A program made the translations under genes and the position numbers. A stretch of DNA of 64,000 nt. Source: Octopus vulgaris. Lineage: Eukaryota. Positions 25,101 through 38,045 of this stretch are shown in pieces; position 1 is the stretch's first letter, and each line of letters starts with the position of its first letter. The notes below the pieces were generated by a model, which was not told the origin of the DNA, did no database searches, and saw only the letters and a program-made list of their open reading frames with translations. The DNA lies in the NCBI GenBank assembly GCA_951406725.2, contig OX597820.1:67394001-67458000 (forward strand), read 5' to 3'.

Positions 25101-25535
25101 TATAATCTCAATCCTAATCCAGATATAATGGCAGAAGTGCTATTTGTTCATTTTGTAAGGTTCTCGTCTAGTACTCACACACCTGGTCTCAATTGTTCAA
25201 ATTCCATCACAGGTGGCAGATGATCATATCTTACCTCCCTCCCTAGTGGATTCATGTCATCACCAAAGCTTGCTTTAATTTTTGGTAATTTTTTATGTCT
25301 ATTAATATACACTTCATGCCAGGTACACATATATTTTCCTCCTCTTCAATTCTTATTACCGACTTCATTTTTCCAATTTTTTCCCTCAATGGACACATTC
25401 GTCCAATAGTTCGTTAGATACACCCTACACTTATAATTGGTCTGTAATGCTTGTGTGACTCTGTACTGTCTGTGTCTGCTTGTACATATCTACCTGAAGA
25501 TTCTGAGCCACCTGTGAGTGCTTGTGTATACTTGA

Positions 25536-25766
25536 GGCGGCGAGCTGGCAGAAACATTAGCACGCCGGGCGAAATGCTTTGCGGTATTTCATCTGCCATT
25601 ATGTTCTGAGTTCAAATTCCGCCGAGGTTGACTTTGTCTTTCATCCTTTCGGGGTCGATTAAATAAGTACCAGTAACTTACTGGGGTCGATATAATCGAC
25701 TTAATCCGTGTGTCTGACCTTGTTTGTCCCCTCTATGTTTAGCCCCTTGTGGGTAGTAAAGAAATA
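25536..25766 (+). mobile_element. Full-length SINE family B
   Basis: 16-bp TSD GCTTGTGTATACTTGA at 25520-25535 and 25767-25782. B-box GAGTTCAAATTCC. Tail TTGTCCCCTCTATGTTTAGCCCCTTGTGGGTAGTAAAGAAATA. Confidence 0.9.
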
Positions 25767-26125
25767 GCTTGTGTATACTTGACTGGAGTTGCTGGGCTAT
25801 CTGTGCATACTTGTGTATATTTAACTGGGGATTTATGGGATGTTCTTGTGTGTTTGCCATAATATGATATACTGCGTGGGCATTTGTACATTACTCCCTT
25901 CTTCTTCTCTTTCTCTCTTTTACTATTTTACTTGTTTCAGTCATTTGACTGCGGCCATGCTGGAGCACCGCCTTTAATCGAGCAACTCGACCCCGGGACT
26001 TATTCTTTTGTAAGCCCAGTACTTATTCTATCGGTCTCTTTTGCCGAACCGCTAAGTAACGGGGACATAAACACACCAGCATCGGCTGTCAAGCAATGCT
26101 AGGGGGACAAACACAGACACACACA

Positions 26126-26167
<42 letters not shown>

Positions 26168-26329
26168 TATACGACGGGCTACTTTCAGTTTCTGTCTACC
26201 AAATCCACTCCCAAGGCTTTGGTCGGCCCGAGGCTATAGTAGAAGACTCTTGCCCAAGGTGTCACACAGTGGGACTGAACCCGGAACCACACAGCCACTC
26301 CTGCGCTTTTTTTTTTTTTATAGTTTTTC

Positions 26330-27050
26330 AGGGTTGGGGAGTTTTTAACGTCCTTTCTCTTTCTATTCTGTATTTCCTGGACTCTTTCATCTGTTTCCTT
26401 CACTTGCTTCCGTATTTTTCTTTAATTTCTCATCTCTGTTATTTTCTTCTTGTATCTCCTCTGTTGGTATTTGGCTGTTAAGAAAGGGACAATTTGCCTT
26501 AATGTGGCCCTTCTTTCTGCAGTGGTAGCAGGTGGGAGGTCTTCCCCCCACCACCACTACAACCACTCTAAGCTTCACATCTTCTGGTAACTCTATCACT
26601 TTGGTAATTTTCTGTAAATCCAGTGTGGTGGCCTGGATTATGATCTCCAGGCCATATCCCCTCTAGTTCAGTTGTTTGGTGTGGCTTCCTTGCAGCGCTT
26701 CTGGGTCCTCCTTTATTTCTATTAAGATTGCTGCAAGCAGCCACATCTCATTAATCTCAGTGGGCACCCTGCCAATCCTCACTCTTGCTATTCATTTCCT
26801 GAGATATGTTGGCAAGAGTGCCCATTTTTCTGTTTTCAATGTTACAATAAAGTACTTTACTGCCTCCTCCACAATTTTAACTTGTACTCTCTCTTTGGAT
26901 TAATTTCTTGTTGCTTCTTACTATCTCAAAGTCGACAGGTACTTCCCTGACTTCCAGGTGTCTCACTGTCACTGTTATATTCTCTCGACTTGCTACTGAA
27001 GCATAGCTCCCGACACATGTTTGCAACTCTTCCATTGCTCACTGCAATTT
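26330..27050 (-). mobile_element. Tx1-like ORF1 relic
   Basis: VVGGRPPTCYHCRKKGHIKANCP zinc knuckle in a similar context to the ORF1 at 15884. Confidence 0.65.
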
Positions 27051-28650
27051 TTGCCCCCCCCCCACCACCACCACCACCACCTCAGGGGGAGAAAACAAAA
27101 CAAAAGCAAACACTATAACAATCAATCAAAAAAGGTTTGACAATTGCAACAACAGATAACCCAGCTAGGGAAGACCTTAAACAAAGGGCAACTTATCTGC
27201 AACATTAAGGATTCAACACTGAGCGATATGTTTCTTTTCGAGATGATTGGAACAACGGTGGAAAAAAATCAATGTTAATTTATTGATGCATTTTGGTATT
27301 ATCAGACAATTGCAAGAAAATGTTTTTAAAAAATTTGAAAACTCTGCAAAAATCCGATACAAATTCTTCATGGTTCAAAACGTTGCTTACTTTTTATTCA
27401 ACCTGATAGCAGTGTCATATTTGTTGATGCTACCCCTGGAAGCTAGCTAGCATCATTTGAGAAAAATCTGAAGTAAAATGTATCTGTAGATTAAAGTAGT
27501 AGAAAGACAAGGAATTCCCATAAAATCTAGTCTGTAGAACATACAATTTAGAAAGAATCCCCTGTATTGATAGGAACTGTACAGTGTTTAGTGTTTCCTC
27601 ACAGAGTGACTGCAAAACTAGGAATGCAGTCTGTAGTATAAGATGTGCAGAAATAGGATGACGACATACATTGGAAAGACAGTCTGTAGCATAGGTGAGA
27701 GGATAAGCGATATAGGTAGGAGCTCAATGCAGAGAAAAGCTTGTCTGCTATACCAACATTCTCAACTAGAACATAGATATTAGAATCTTATCGACACAGA
27801 ACAAACACAATGCTCAGATTACAGAGGCCACATATAATAGATCAACCATCAACAGAGAACCTGAATGGAGTAATAACACACGCTGCAACCTGATGATAAG
27901 ATGAAAATATGACAGATGCAAAGTGTAATACACAAACCCATATACATGCACACATACATAAATGCATATACAGATAAAGATATGTACCACATGAAGACAA
28001 AATGGAACGGTGAAGAGGCGACAAGGAACAGTCATTGAAGAGGTTGCAATGAGATGAAAATCAAATAGTGTGTGTGTTTATTCCCCAAATATATTATCTG
28101 TTTCAACATGATTTCATGTCAAGAATCTTGCAAAACAAAAACATAAACAAAATTATTACACTATATATGAATATGGTATTTAATTGCAAAATAAACATAT
28201 TTATAATTATCTAATCTTTTTGTCTTTTGCATTTATGGAAATAATGTAGACCCTTTCTATGGGCATTCAGGTGTATCAAAGAAATGGTTATTTAAAGATT
28301 CATTCATTAAGAGCCTTTGAGATAACAAGGCACTATAAACTGGCTAAATTATAATGGCACCAGCTGAAGACTAGCTGAGTGGCTAAAAAGTTTGCTTTGA
28401 AATCACATAATACCACTGCAGGATACCTTGAGCCAGTATTTTCACCGATAGTTCCTTAAAAATGACATTTTGTGTTTCAGTCATTTGACTGGCCATGCTG
28501 GAGCACTGCCTTTAGTCCAGCAAATCGACCCCAGGACATTCTTTTGTAAGCCTAGTACTTATTCTATTGGTCTCTTTTGCCGAACTGCTAAGTTACAGGG
28601 ATGTAAACATACCAGCATCAGTTGTCAAGCGATGCTGGGGGAACAAACAT

Positions 28651-28686
<36 letters not shown>

Positions 28687-29499
28687 GCGATGGGCTTCTT
28701 TCAGTTTCTGTCTACCAAATACACTCACAAGGTTTTGGTTGGCCTGAGGCTATAGCAGAAGACACTTGCCCAAGGTGCCATGCAGTGGGAATGAACCCGG
28801 AGCCATGTGGTTGATAAGCTTTACAAGTCTTCTCAAGCACAGTAAATTGCTAGGAGTCATGGTCCTTTATTATCTCCTCTGTGAGGCCCAATGTCTGAAG
28901 ATCCCTTCTCACTACTTTGTCCAACATATTCCTGGATCAACCAGGAAACTACAATTCAATCTATTCTCTTTTACTTGTTTCAGTCATTTGACTGTGGTCT
29001 TGCTGGAGCACTGCCTTTAGTCCAGCAAATCTACCCCAGGACATTCTTTTGTAAGCCTAGTACTTGTTCTATTGGTCTCTCTTTTGCCAAACTGCTAAGT
29101 TATGGGGATGCAAACACACCAGCATTGGTTGTCAAGCGATGTTGGGGGAACAAACACACACACATATACATATATACAACAGGCTTCTTTCAGTTTCCGT
29201 CTACCAAATCCACTCACAAGGCTTTGGTCGGCCCGAGGTTATAGTAGAAGACACTTGCCCGAGGTGCCAGGCAGTGGGACTGAACCCGGAACCATGTGAT
29301 TGGTAAGCAATCTACTTACCACACAGCCACTCCTGCGCCTGTGTAAATACAACATGTATCAGTAATTGTAATTATAGCAACAATAACTATGTAGACAAAA
29401 GCAGAGAGTATAGGACAATCTGTGCTCAAGTGCTACTTTCAATTCTCTCCTTGATCAATCTGATCAAATTTCAAAATGTTACCTACTTTCTATTAATAT

Positions 29500-30150
29500 A
29501 AAATTCTCGGGGGACTGGATTGATGCCCTTCCTGTGGCCAACATTGGAGGTCTACTCAGTCTTAATGAGCTCCACATCTTCGTTGCACTCATCCGTAGGA
29601 GACTGATATATTGCCGTGATAGGTCTTCACGATCCATTTTGCCACCTAAATGCTGGCTGTTTCACTCATCACACCAAGCTAAACTTAATCATTAAGAGGG
29701 CCTTGGCTCAGATTAATATCACCTCAGTTCTGGAGCCAGCAGGATTATTCAGAAGTGATGGAAAGAGATGAGATGGTCTTACCCTCTGTCCCTGGGTAAG
29801 AAGTAGGTGCCACATCTGGGATGCCACAGTCTGTGACTTGTTTGCTTCTTCCCATATCCTGGATGCTGTTGTAAATGGGAGGGTCACTGCTTCTGTAGCT
29901 GAACAGAACAAAATCCTGAAGTATCAGGACCTGTCAGTGAACTATCTCTTCTAGCATGTGGCTTTTGAGATTGAAGGGGCTGGGCCGCTAACAGCGAAGT
30001 TATTGTCATCACTTGTGAGGGTACTTGGCTGTTCCAGCACCTCAGCCTCGCCATCACCCGTATTAAAACCGTGTGTTGGCTTGCTTCAGAAGGTTCTGTT
30101 GAACTATAGGGTGTACAACCATTTGAAGCACTTTGTACTGCATTGATGGT
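29500..30150 (+). mobile_element. CRE-clade non-LTR retrotransposon relic (restriction-like endonuclease region)
   Basis: Translates GDWIDALP..LNLIIKRAL..LEPAGLFRSDGKR*DGLTLCPW..IWDATV..AEQNKILKYQDL..VAFEIEG. Confidence 0.7.
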
Positions 30151-30841
30151 TTTTTCTTTCTTTCTTTCTCCTTTTTTGTTTTGTTTCTTGTTTTTCTTTT
30201 GTGAAATATATTCCTTTTCATATACTATCTAGACATTTAAAGTAGTTTTCTCTCACTTAACTAGAGACAGTCTTGGTAAGTTGGTATCAAAAATATTATT
30301 TAGATCTGCTCTCGTTTAGGTTCGATGAAAAGAAAAATTTCAAAATGTGCTGAAAGATAGCTTACTCTAATGAAGAAAAGGTAAGGTCATGCCAAGATGA
30401 TATTGTTGTGACTTTAATATTCAGGTATTACCTCATATGAACTGTTAATCTCTCTCCTGTACTTCTGTCACTATTTCGCTAAGGAAACGATTACAAGTGA
30501 TTTGAGTAGTTACTTCCCTTACATCATTTAAAATGTGTATTTGAGCTGATTTATTTCATGTAATGAATCTAATTTTTTAGCCTATTCACGCTCAAACCTA
30601 CGGCGTGCAGGATTCTCTGCATGTAATATGGGTCTCTGGGTTGGCAAGACGTCAGTCTCAGCACAGAGAAGGAAAGACAATTTTCCCTGGTTAATACCCC
30701 CGCGAGTTCCCCCCCCCCTAAGATAGCTTTGGTCAAGTGTCTGATCACACGCTATTCATTTTTGTCTGATATTTTAGTCTCATCAGAAGAGCTTGCAATA
30801 TCTGTAAGTAGCTCCTGCCATATGGTAATCTTTCGTTTTAG

Positions 30842-31617
30842 GATTACATAAGTGCGGGATTGAAAAAGAAGGTAAATGAATTCGGGAATACACTTAGCGA
30901 TCCTGAGGTAGCGAAACAAATAGGAAAAATACTTTTAAAGTATATTTATTAAACATCATTTATCAAATATAGATTTCTGTATTCATTTCTCAACAACATC
31001 ATTTAGTTAAATTATGAAAGGAGCATCGAGGTTTTTTCGGTTTAGTTACCCCTTTGTAATTTCTTCAATTTTTAATAATAATAATAATAATGAAATTATT
31101 GTATACAGTGCTCAGGTGCACCACAACTTGTCAGAGTATAGTACAAATGTCTGGAAAGCAAACAATGTATGAGTCAGATACATGCTTGTGTATGTATGGA
31201 GGGGAGAAAATCAGGTGTAGTGTTGGCGAATCTCAGAAAGCATGGAACCAATTGATTTCATATTGAGTATATTGGTGTAGTTTTGCATCGTAAAAGCTGA
31301 CATTTCTTATTAAAAAAACGCTACAAGTAATTGCAAATTGACAATACTCATTTCGAAAAATTAACAAAAATAGATTTCTCTTCCAAATGAGTTGTCAGTT
31401 CCTCATTACTTTCCCATGTGTTTTTTTTGTTTTTTTTAAATGTCTACTTTTTCCTAAGTTAACTAAATGATGCCGTTATGAAATGAAAAGTAAAATGTAT
31501 TAAAAATTGACTTCTTAAGCATTGAATTTTTCATTTCGTTTGCTCATTATAGCATCTTAAATTTAATACATTTCTGATTTTATTTTCTACCATTTTCAAT
31601 CCCGCACTTACACAATC
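30842..31617. mobile_element. MITE with ~25-bp TIRs and a nested CR1 tail
   Basis: GATTACATAAGTGCGGGATTGAAAA / TTTTCAATCCCGCACTTACACAATC. Confidence 0.65.
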
Positions 31618-31652
31618 ACACGGACACATACACACAATTATTCACTGCCGTA

Positions 31653-31677
31653 TCACTTCCCATTCCTTACTTCCGGT
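31653..31677 (+). promoter_or_regulatory. Tandem ETS-like motif, putative promoter of ZNF paralog 1
   Basis: TCACTTCC-N9-CTTCCGGT, repeated upstream of all three ZNF genes. Confidence 0.55.
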
Positions 31678-31921
31678 AGCAATAACCCAGATTCTGAATT
31701 ATTAAGTAATCATTTCCAAGTTTATTTTTCGCTATTATTATTATTATCTAAACTCTCCTTTTGAGTATTATTCAGAGATATTATTACTTGGCCTCCTGTT
31801 ACAAAAAAAGTCTACAATTACATTATAACAACTAAACGAAATACACTGTTAGCACATAATTGCAGTAATTCCACTGCACATCCATTATTAGCATTGAGAA
31901 CGATTTCTTTGGTCACAAAGA

Positions 31922-31958
<37 letters not shown>

Positions 31959-34176
31959 GTATGTATATAAGGTGATAATTCAGTCCATTGCTACAAATTA
32001 CTATAAAATTACATTGGAATCAAGCGTTAGGATAAAGCATCTGTGAAAGATTGTGACAAATGCATTGATATTGGTAGGAATAAATTCAAAAGTTGTGTTG
32101 AGATCGTCATTGTTATCTCGTCGACAGCAAGTTTGACATATTGCACTTCAGGACTCTCATTCATACGTAAGTATTAATTATATCGAATCAATTCAATATT
32201 TTGGTTTTTATGAACATAATGCTACGTTTATATATATATATATATATTTTTATTATTTCAATTATTTGTTGTTTTAGTTTCATGTCAGCTTTAATCGTGC
32301 TGGACCCTTTTATTAAAAAAAAAAAATGTGTTCCATCCATTCTACTCCCCCTTCAACTCTTCAAGCACAAGGTATATTGGACTAAACAATAATCGGTCCA
32401 TTTTAATAGCAGAATGGTGTAATTTGATTGCTATTTCTAAACGACAGATGCTCCGTCACATTTTAATTTGTTCTGGATTATAATCTTGATAATATTTTCA
32501 AAATGCTTAGCAGCATTTCATCCGACTTTATATCGACCCCAGTTACGCACTGGGGTCGATATAATCGACTTAATCCCTTTGTCCTTGTTTGTCCTCTCTG
32601 TGTTTAGCCCCTTGTGAGTTGTAAAGAAATAGGTATTCTGAGTTCAAATTCCGCCGAGGCCGACTTTGCTTTTCATCCTTTTGGGATCGATAAAATAAGT
32701 ATGCTTCCTTGCTCGAGAGTCACTATAATGTCGGAAGGTATATCTGTTGTTTGCAAATACGAACATTTCATACAAATGTATCTTATTCTTCACTTGTATC
32801 ATTCATTGGACTGCGACCATGCTGTGGCATTACCTTGAAGTGGTTTAGTTGAACGAGTCGACCATAGTATTTTTTGAAGCTTGGTACTTATTCTACCGGT
32901 CGCTTGCATCGAACCGCAACGTTACAGGAATGTAAACAAACCAACACCGGTTGCCAAGCGGTGCGGCGGGGAGGGGTAGTGGCAAGCACAAAGACACACA
33001 GATATGTATAGGACGAGCTTCATTCAGTTTCCGACTATTAATTCACTCACAAGGCTTTAGTCGGCCTGTAGCTATAGTAGAAGACACTTGCTTAAGGTGT
33101 ATGCTGTGGGACTGAACCTGGCACCATGTGGTTGGGAAGCAATCTTCTTACCACACAGTCACGCCTTATCTTTCACCTTTTACTTGTTTCATTCATTAGA
33201 CTGCGGCCATACTGGGGCACCGCAGGGAAGAGGTTTAGTTGAACGAATCGACCGCGGTGGTTATTTTTTTCTTTAAGTCTTGTACTTATTCTATTGTTCT
33301 CTTTAGACGAACCGCTTAGTTACAAGAACTTAAACACACACACACACACACTATGGCCTTTCTATTTCTGTCAACTAAATCCACTAAAGATTTTGGTTGT
33401 CCTGAGGCCATAGTCAAAGACACTTGAGCAAGGTACCACACAGTAGGACTGAACCTGAAACCATGTCAGGAAGCAAACCTATCACAACACAGTCACACCT
33501 GTATGATAAATTTTCATAAATTAATAAGTAAAATTCAGTTGTTCTAAGTAAAGGCTTGAGTTTACAATAAATTAGTACAAAAATGATGCTTATTTTTCAC
33601 TGTTCAATCTCTCCTGTTTAAGTATATTTTCTATCTTATTCTGTTTCTTTGTTATTTCAGATTCCGACTACTTTGGCACGACATTCATGTTTTGCACATG
33701 CATCATGCATCAACAGTATTATTATCTGCTAAAGACGCTATACAAAACAGATAAAACTTTCTTTTATACAAGTCTGTGAAATATTTCTCCTGAATTGAGA
33801 TTTGCAACACTATTTCTCTACTTCACTGAATATCTCCAAAATAATTTTCATTCTTCATATATACATGGATAAATTTACCCTGATGATGTAACTGGCTTCT
33901 CTGGAAAACATTTTATACGTGGATATGTCATGACAAAAAGTTTTCCTTTAGTTTTTGCCCCATGTTACAAAGAAGGATTCTGTCACACTATGCTTTCTCA
34001 CAATAATTAAATTTGAAATGATGATATCTGAATAAAATTCATCATGTAGGTAACTGTTTGCAGCATATTCAAATAAGATAACAGTTTAAGGCAATATAGT
34101 TGAAGAAATATTTGTTAGGCATCAAATATAAAGACAACAGAAGCAAAAGTATTCATATATTGTATGAAAGAAAGAA

Positions 34177-35292
34177 ATGATGGAAAACGAGCTGTGTGAG
34201 GAGACCCTGGTTAAATACAAAACACAATACAAAAGGATTGGTTTTCCCTATGAGATACTGAAACAGATAGGAAAAGCATCATACTACTGTGATATCTGTA
34301 AAAAGTCTTTCTCTAAAAAGAGTAACTTAACCAGACACAAACGTATTCATACAGGTGAGAAACCATATCACTGTGATATCTGTGGAAAATCATTCTCTCA
34401 AAGTACTGTCTTAAAAACTCACCAAAGTATTCATACAAGAGATAAACCATACCAATGTGATATCTGCGGTAAATCATTCTTTCGAAGGAGTTCGTTCAAT
34501 TCTCACAAACACGTTCATACAGGAGAGAAATCGAGTCGCAGTGATATCAGTGCAAAATCATTCTCTACAACAGTTAACTCGACTTCTCGCAAACGCATCC
34601 ATACAGGCGAGAGGCCGTTTCACTGTGATATTTGTGGTAAATCATTCACTATAGAACGTCATTTAACTATTCACATGCGTATTCATACAGGAGAGAAACC
34701 ATATCACTGCGAGATTTGTGGTAGATCATTCTCTCAAGCAAATCACTTGACCACTCATGTACGAATTCATACTGGTGAGAAACCATATCACTGTGATATC
34801 TGTGGTAAATCATTCTCTGTAACATGTAGCTTAACTAAACACAAACGCATTCATACAGGAGAGAAGCCATATCATTGTGATATCTGTGGTAAATCATTCT
34901 CTATAGACAGTCACTTAACCACTCACAAACGCATTCATACGGGAGAGAAGCCGTATCTTTGTGATATTTGTGGTAAATCGTTTTCTCGAAGGAGTTACTG
35001 GACCTCTCATGAACGTATTCATTCAGGAGATAAGCCATACCACTGTGACATCTGCAATAAATCTTTCTCACAAAGTGGTGACTTAAATACTCATAAACGT
35101 ATTCATACAGGAGATAAACCATATCACTGTGATGTCTGTGGTAGATCATTCTGTCGAAGAAGTCACTTGACTACACACAAACTCATACATACAGGGGATA
35201 AACTTTATCACTGTGACATCTGTGGTGAATTATTCTCTGAAGAAAATAATTTAAATACTCACAAATCGATTCATACAGGGGAGATACCATAA
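34177..35292 (+). CDS. C2H2 zinc-finger protein, paralog 1 (11 intact and 1 degenerate finger)
   Basis: [11 protein letters not shown] with TGEKPY linkers. Single coding exon. Candidate acceptor TTTCAG ends at 33660 and candidate donor GTAAGT is at 32167. Confidence 0.93.
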   Translation: MMENELCEETLVKYKTQYKRIGFPYEILKQIGKASYYCDICKKSFSKKSNLTRHKRIHTGEKPYHCDICGKSFSQSTVLKTHQSIHTRDKPYQCDICGKSFFRRSSFNSHKHVHTGEKSSRSDISAKSFSTTVNSTSRKRIHTGERPFHCDICGKSFTIERHLTIHMRIHTGEKPYHCEICGRSFSQANHLTTHVRIHTGEKPYHCDICGKSFSVTCSLTKHKRIHTGEKPYHCDICGKSFSIDSHLTTHKRIHTGEKPYLCDICGKSFSRRSYWTSHERIHSGDKPYHCDICNKSFSQSGDLNTHKRIHTGDKPYHCDVCGRSFCRRSHLTTHKLIHTGDKLYHCDICGELFSEENNLNTHKSIHTGEIP

Positions 35293-36599
35293 CACTAACA
35301 TATAGAAGATCATTCTCTCTTAACTAAACACAAATGCATTTTTACAGGAGAGAAGCAATATCATAGTTTCTATACAGCTATAAACAACAGACTATAATTA
35401 GCTCTTGTAACATCTGCTTTCATAATTTAGACACTATTGAATATGGTGAATTATTGTGAGAATCTAATAACATTACATCATCATCATCATCATTTAATGT
35501 CTGTTTTTCATGCTATAATCTAATAATGTTACCTTAGCTAATTATAGTATGTTGTTCACAGCTGTATAGAAACTAATATTCATTGAATTATTGAGGATGG
35601 CACAAACAATTCCCAAGTGAACAAGGCTGACATTTTTTCAAAACATTTACCAATGAAACATCCTATATCACTTATATCTGTTTTAAATCATTGTCACAGA
35701 ATACATGAAGAAATACCTGAACTGATATATTCACACAGGAGGGAAAAGAATATATTGTTGCTATTATGTAAAACTGTCGTATGTCCAAAGTTGGCCAAAT
35801 GTGTTTTTTTTTTTTTTTTTTTGCAATATTTATTTTTGCCTGCAATAGCCTGTTCTTTTGGTCAAACTATCGTATCTCCAGCTGCTTCAGATGCCAAGAT
35901 ATCAAAAATTGTTAAAATGTAGTACAACGGTTTTGCTATGGAATTGTGAAACTGTTTTTTCGTTTCCTGAAAAAGCAATGTTTTGGACTTACGACACTTT
36001 TGCATAATAGCAACAATATTAGTATTGGGAAATTTTTTGAAAAGATATTGATTCATTTTTTAACATTGTGATTAAACAGCTGAGTAATCTTAAATTAAGG
36101 ATTACATTATTGTACAGTCATGTTTTAAATAAAATATATACACTTTATGAAAATATTTCATCATACCGTAAGGTGTATAAGATCTTGAATTTGTGTGTAA
36201 ATATATCTTTTATTTGTTACTGTCATTAGACTGTGGCCATGCTGGGGCATGACTTTGAAGAACTTTTACTTGAATGAATTACCCCCAGTACTTTTTTTCT
36301 TAAAGCCTGGTACTTATTCTATTGCTCTCTTTTACTGAATCACTAAGTTATGGGGGTGTAAATACACCAACATCCGTTGTCAATCAGTTGTAGGAGGTGG
36401 GGTGGGGACAAACAGATGCACACACATAGATGTATGTATAAATGACTGGCTTCTTTCAGTTTCCGTGTACCAAATCCACTCACAAAGCTGTAGTAAAAGA
36501 TACTTGTCCAAGCTGCCGTGCTGTGGGACTGAACCTGGAAACTTTTTGGGAAGCAAACTTGTAACCACACAGCCACACCTACCCCTATATATATATATG

Positions 36600-36808
36600 A
36601 GAACAAACTATACGATGAAATAGGGAAAGTCTTCGAACACGACTTCAGAGAAGACATCAAGAAAAAGTGGAAACGCTACCCTGATGTAATCTCCAGGGAT
36701 ACAGGCATCCAGCAACAGGACCTCCGTAATGCCATGATGGACCGTGAAGTCTGGCGTAGCATGGTAAATACCATTGTCTCGACCACGGTCGAACAATGAT
36801 GATGATGA
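36600..36808 (+). mobile_element. Short RTE-type 3' end (second family)
   Basis: Translates ..DLRNAMMDREVWRSMV and ends in (GAT)n. Confidence 0.6.
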
Positions 36809-38045
36809 CCTTGATGATTGTTTCATCTTTTGGAACAGATCAGAAGATCTACGAAGATTCCACATCCTCAAGACACTGTACCCATCTATCAACTTCACGA
36901 TAGATACTAGCTACAACGAACTTCCCTTCCTAGACATCAACATCAAAATACACAACTCCACATTGTCACAACAGACATCTACAAAAAAAACCGTTTCAAA
37001 TCATACATTCAAACTTACCAATAGTCCTACAAAACCCCAAAATATGAAACCTATTAAACAAATATTGCATAAAAAACAGTAAACGCCAAGAGAAAAACTT
37101 GAAGAAACAACTAACAAGAGCAAAATTCTCATCAGAGAATAAAACTGAATTCTTTGTAAAAGAGTGTGGAGATGGTAGATGTGGGGTCTCCATCATCACA
37201 ACAACATCCACTACAAAAAAACCGACACACCAATATTTAAATTTCCACTCCTGCCACCCATCCCACATAAAAAGAAACATCCCATATAGTATAGTAACTG
37301 ACTCACAAACATGACTAATAAGACTAGATGAACTTAAAAACTTCCTACTAGAACAAAAATACCCCTTTAAACTAATAAAAAATGGAATCTCAAGAGCAAT
37401 GAAACTGGACATCACACAACTCAGAACCCCCAAAACAAAAAACGAAAGAAAACATTATCCCTTTCATAAACACATTTAACCCTGGAGTTACCAGCATGTT
37501 TCAAATCATACATTCAAACTTACCAATGGTCCTACAAAGCCCCAAAATGGAAAACATTTAACAAATATTGCATAAAAAAACAGTAAACGCCAAGAGAAAC
37601 AACTAACGAGCAAAATTCTCATCAGAGAATAAAACTGAATTCTTTGTAAAAGAGTGTGGAGATGGTAGATGTGGGATCTGCAGTAACCCCCCCCCCTCTA
37701 CAAATATAGATAGGGAAACAAACAAATGAAATTTAAGAGTGGTCAAATATTCAAAGTAAATGCAGATATGAACTGCAAGATGCAGAACGTAATATACTGA
37801 ATAACCTGTCCCACATGCAAGGAGAATTATATAGGCGAAACTGGAAATTCTTTATGCCAACGAGCCAGAATTCACTGGCAACATGTCTGAGAGGAGGAAC
37901 TGTGAAAGATTCCACTGAATAAACATGTGGAGAAGGAAAATTTAAGATCTTTCCCTTCTATAAATGCCCAAGGAATGACACCTTGAGAAAAAATATGGAA
38001 CAATACTTCATAACAAAGTTCTTCCTCAAACTGAATGGCTGAAAA
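36809..38045 (+). mobile_element. Penelope-like element relic (RT C-terminal part and GIY-YIG endonuclease)
   Basis: LDDCFIFW, PSINFT..LPFLDI, YLNFHSCHPSHIKRNIPYS, NVIY*ITCPTCKENYIGETG. Confidence 0.85.

Noticed and set aside
34457-35149. Alternative-frame and antisense ORFs over the ZNF arrays (also 59591-59836)
   Set aside because: They are by-products of the 84-nt finger periodicity.
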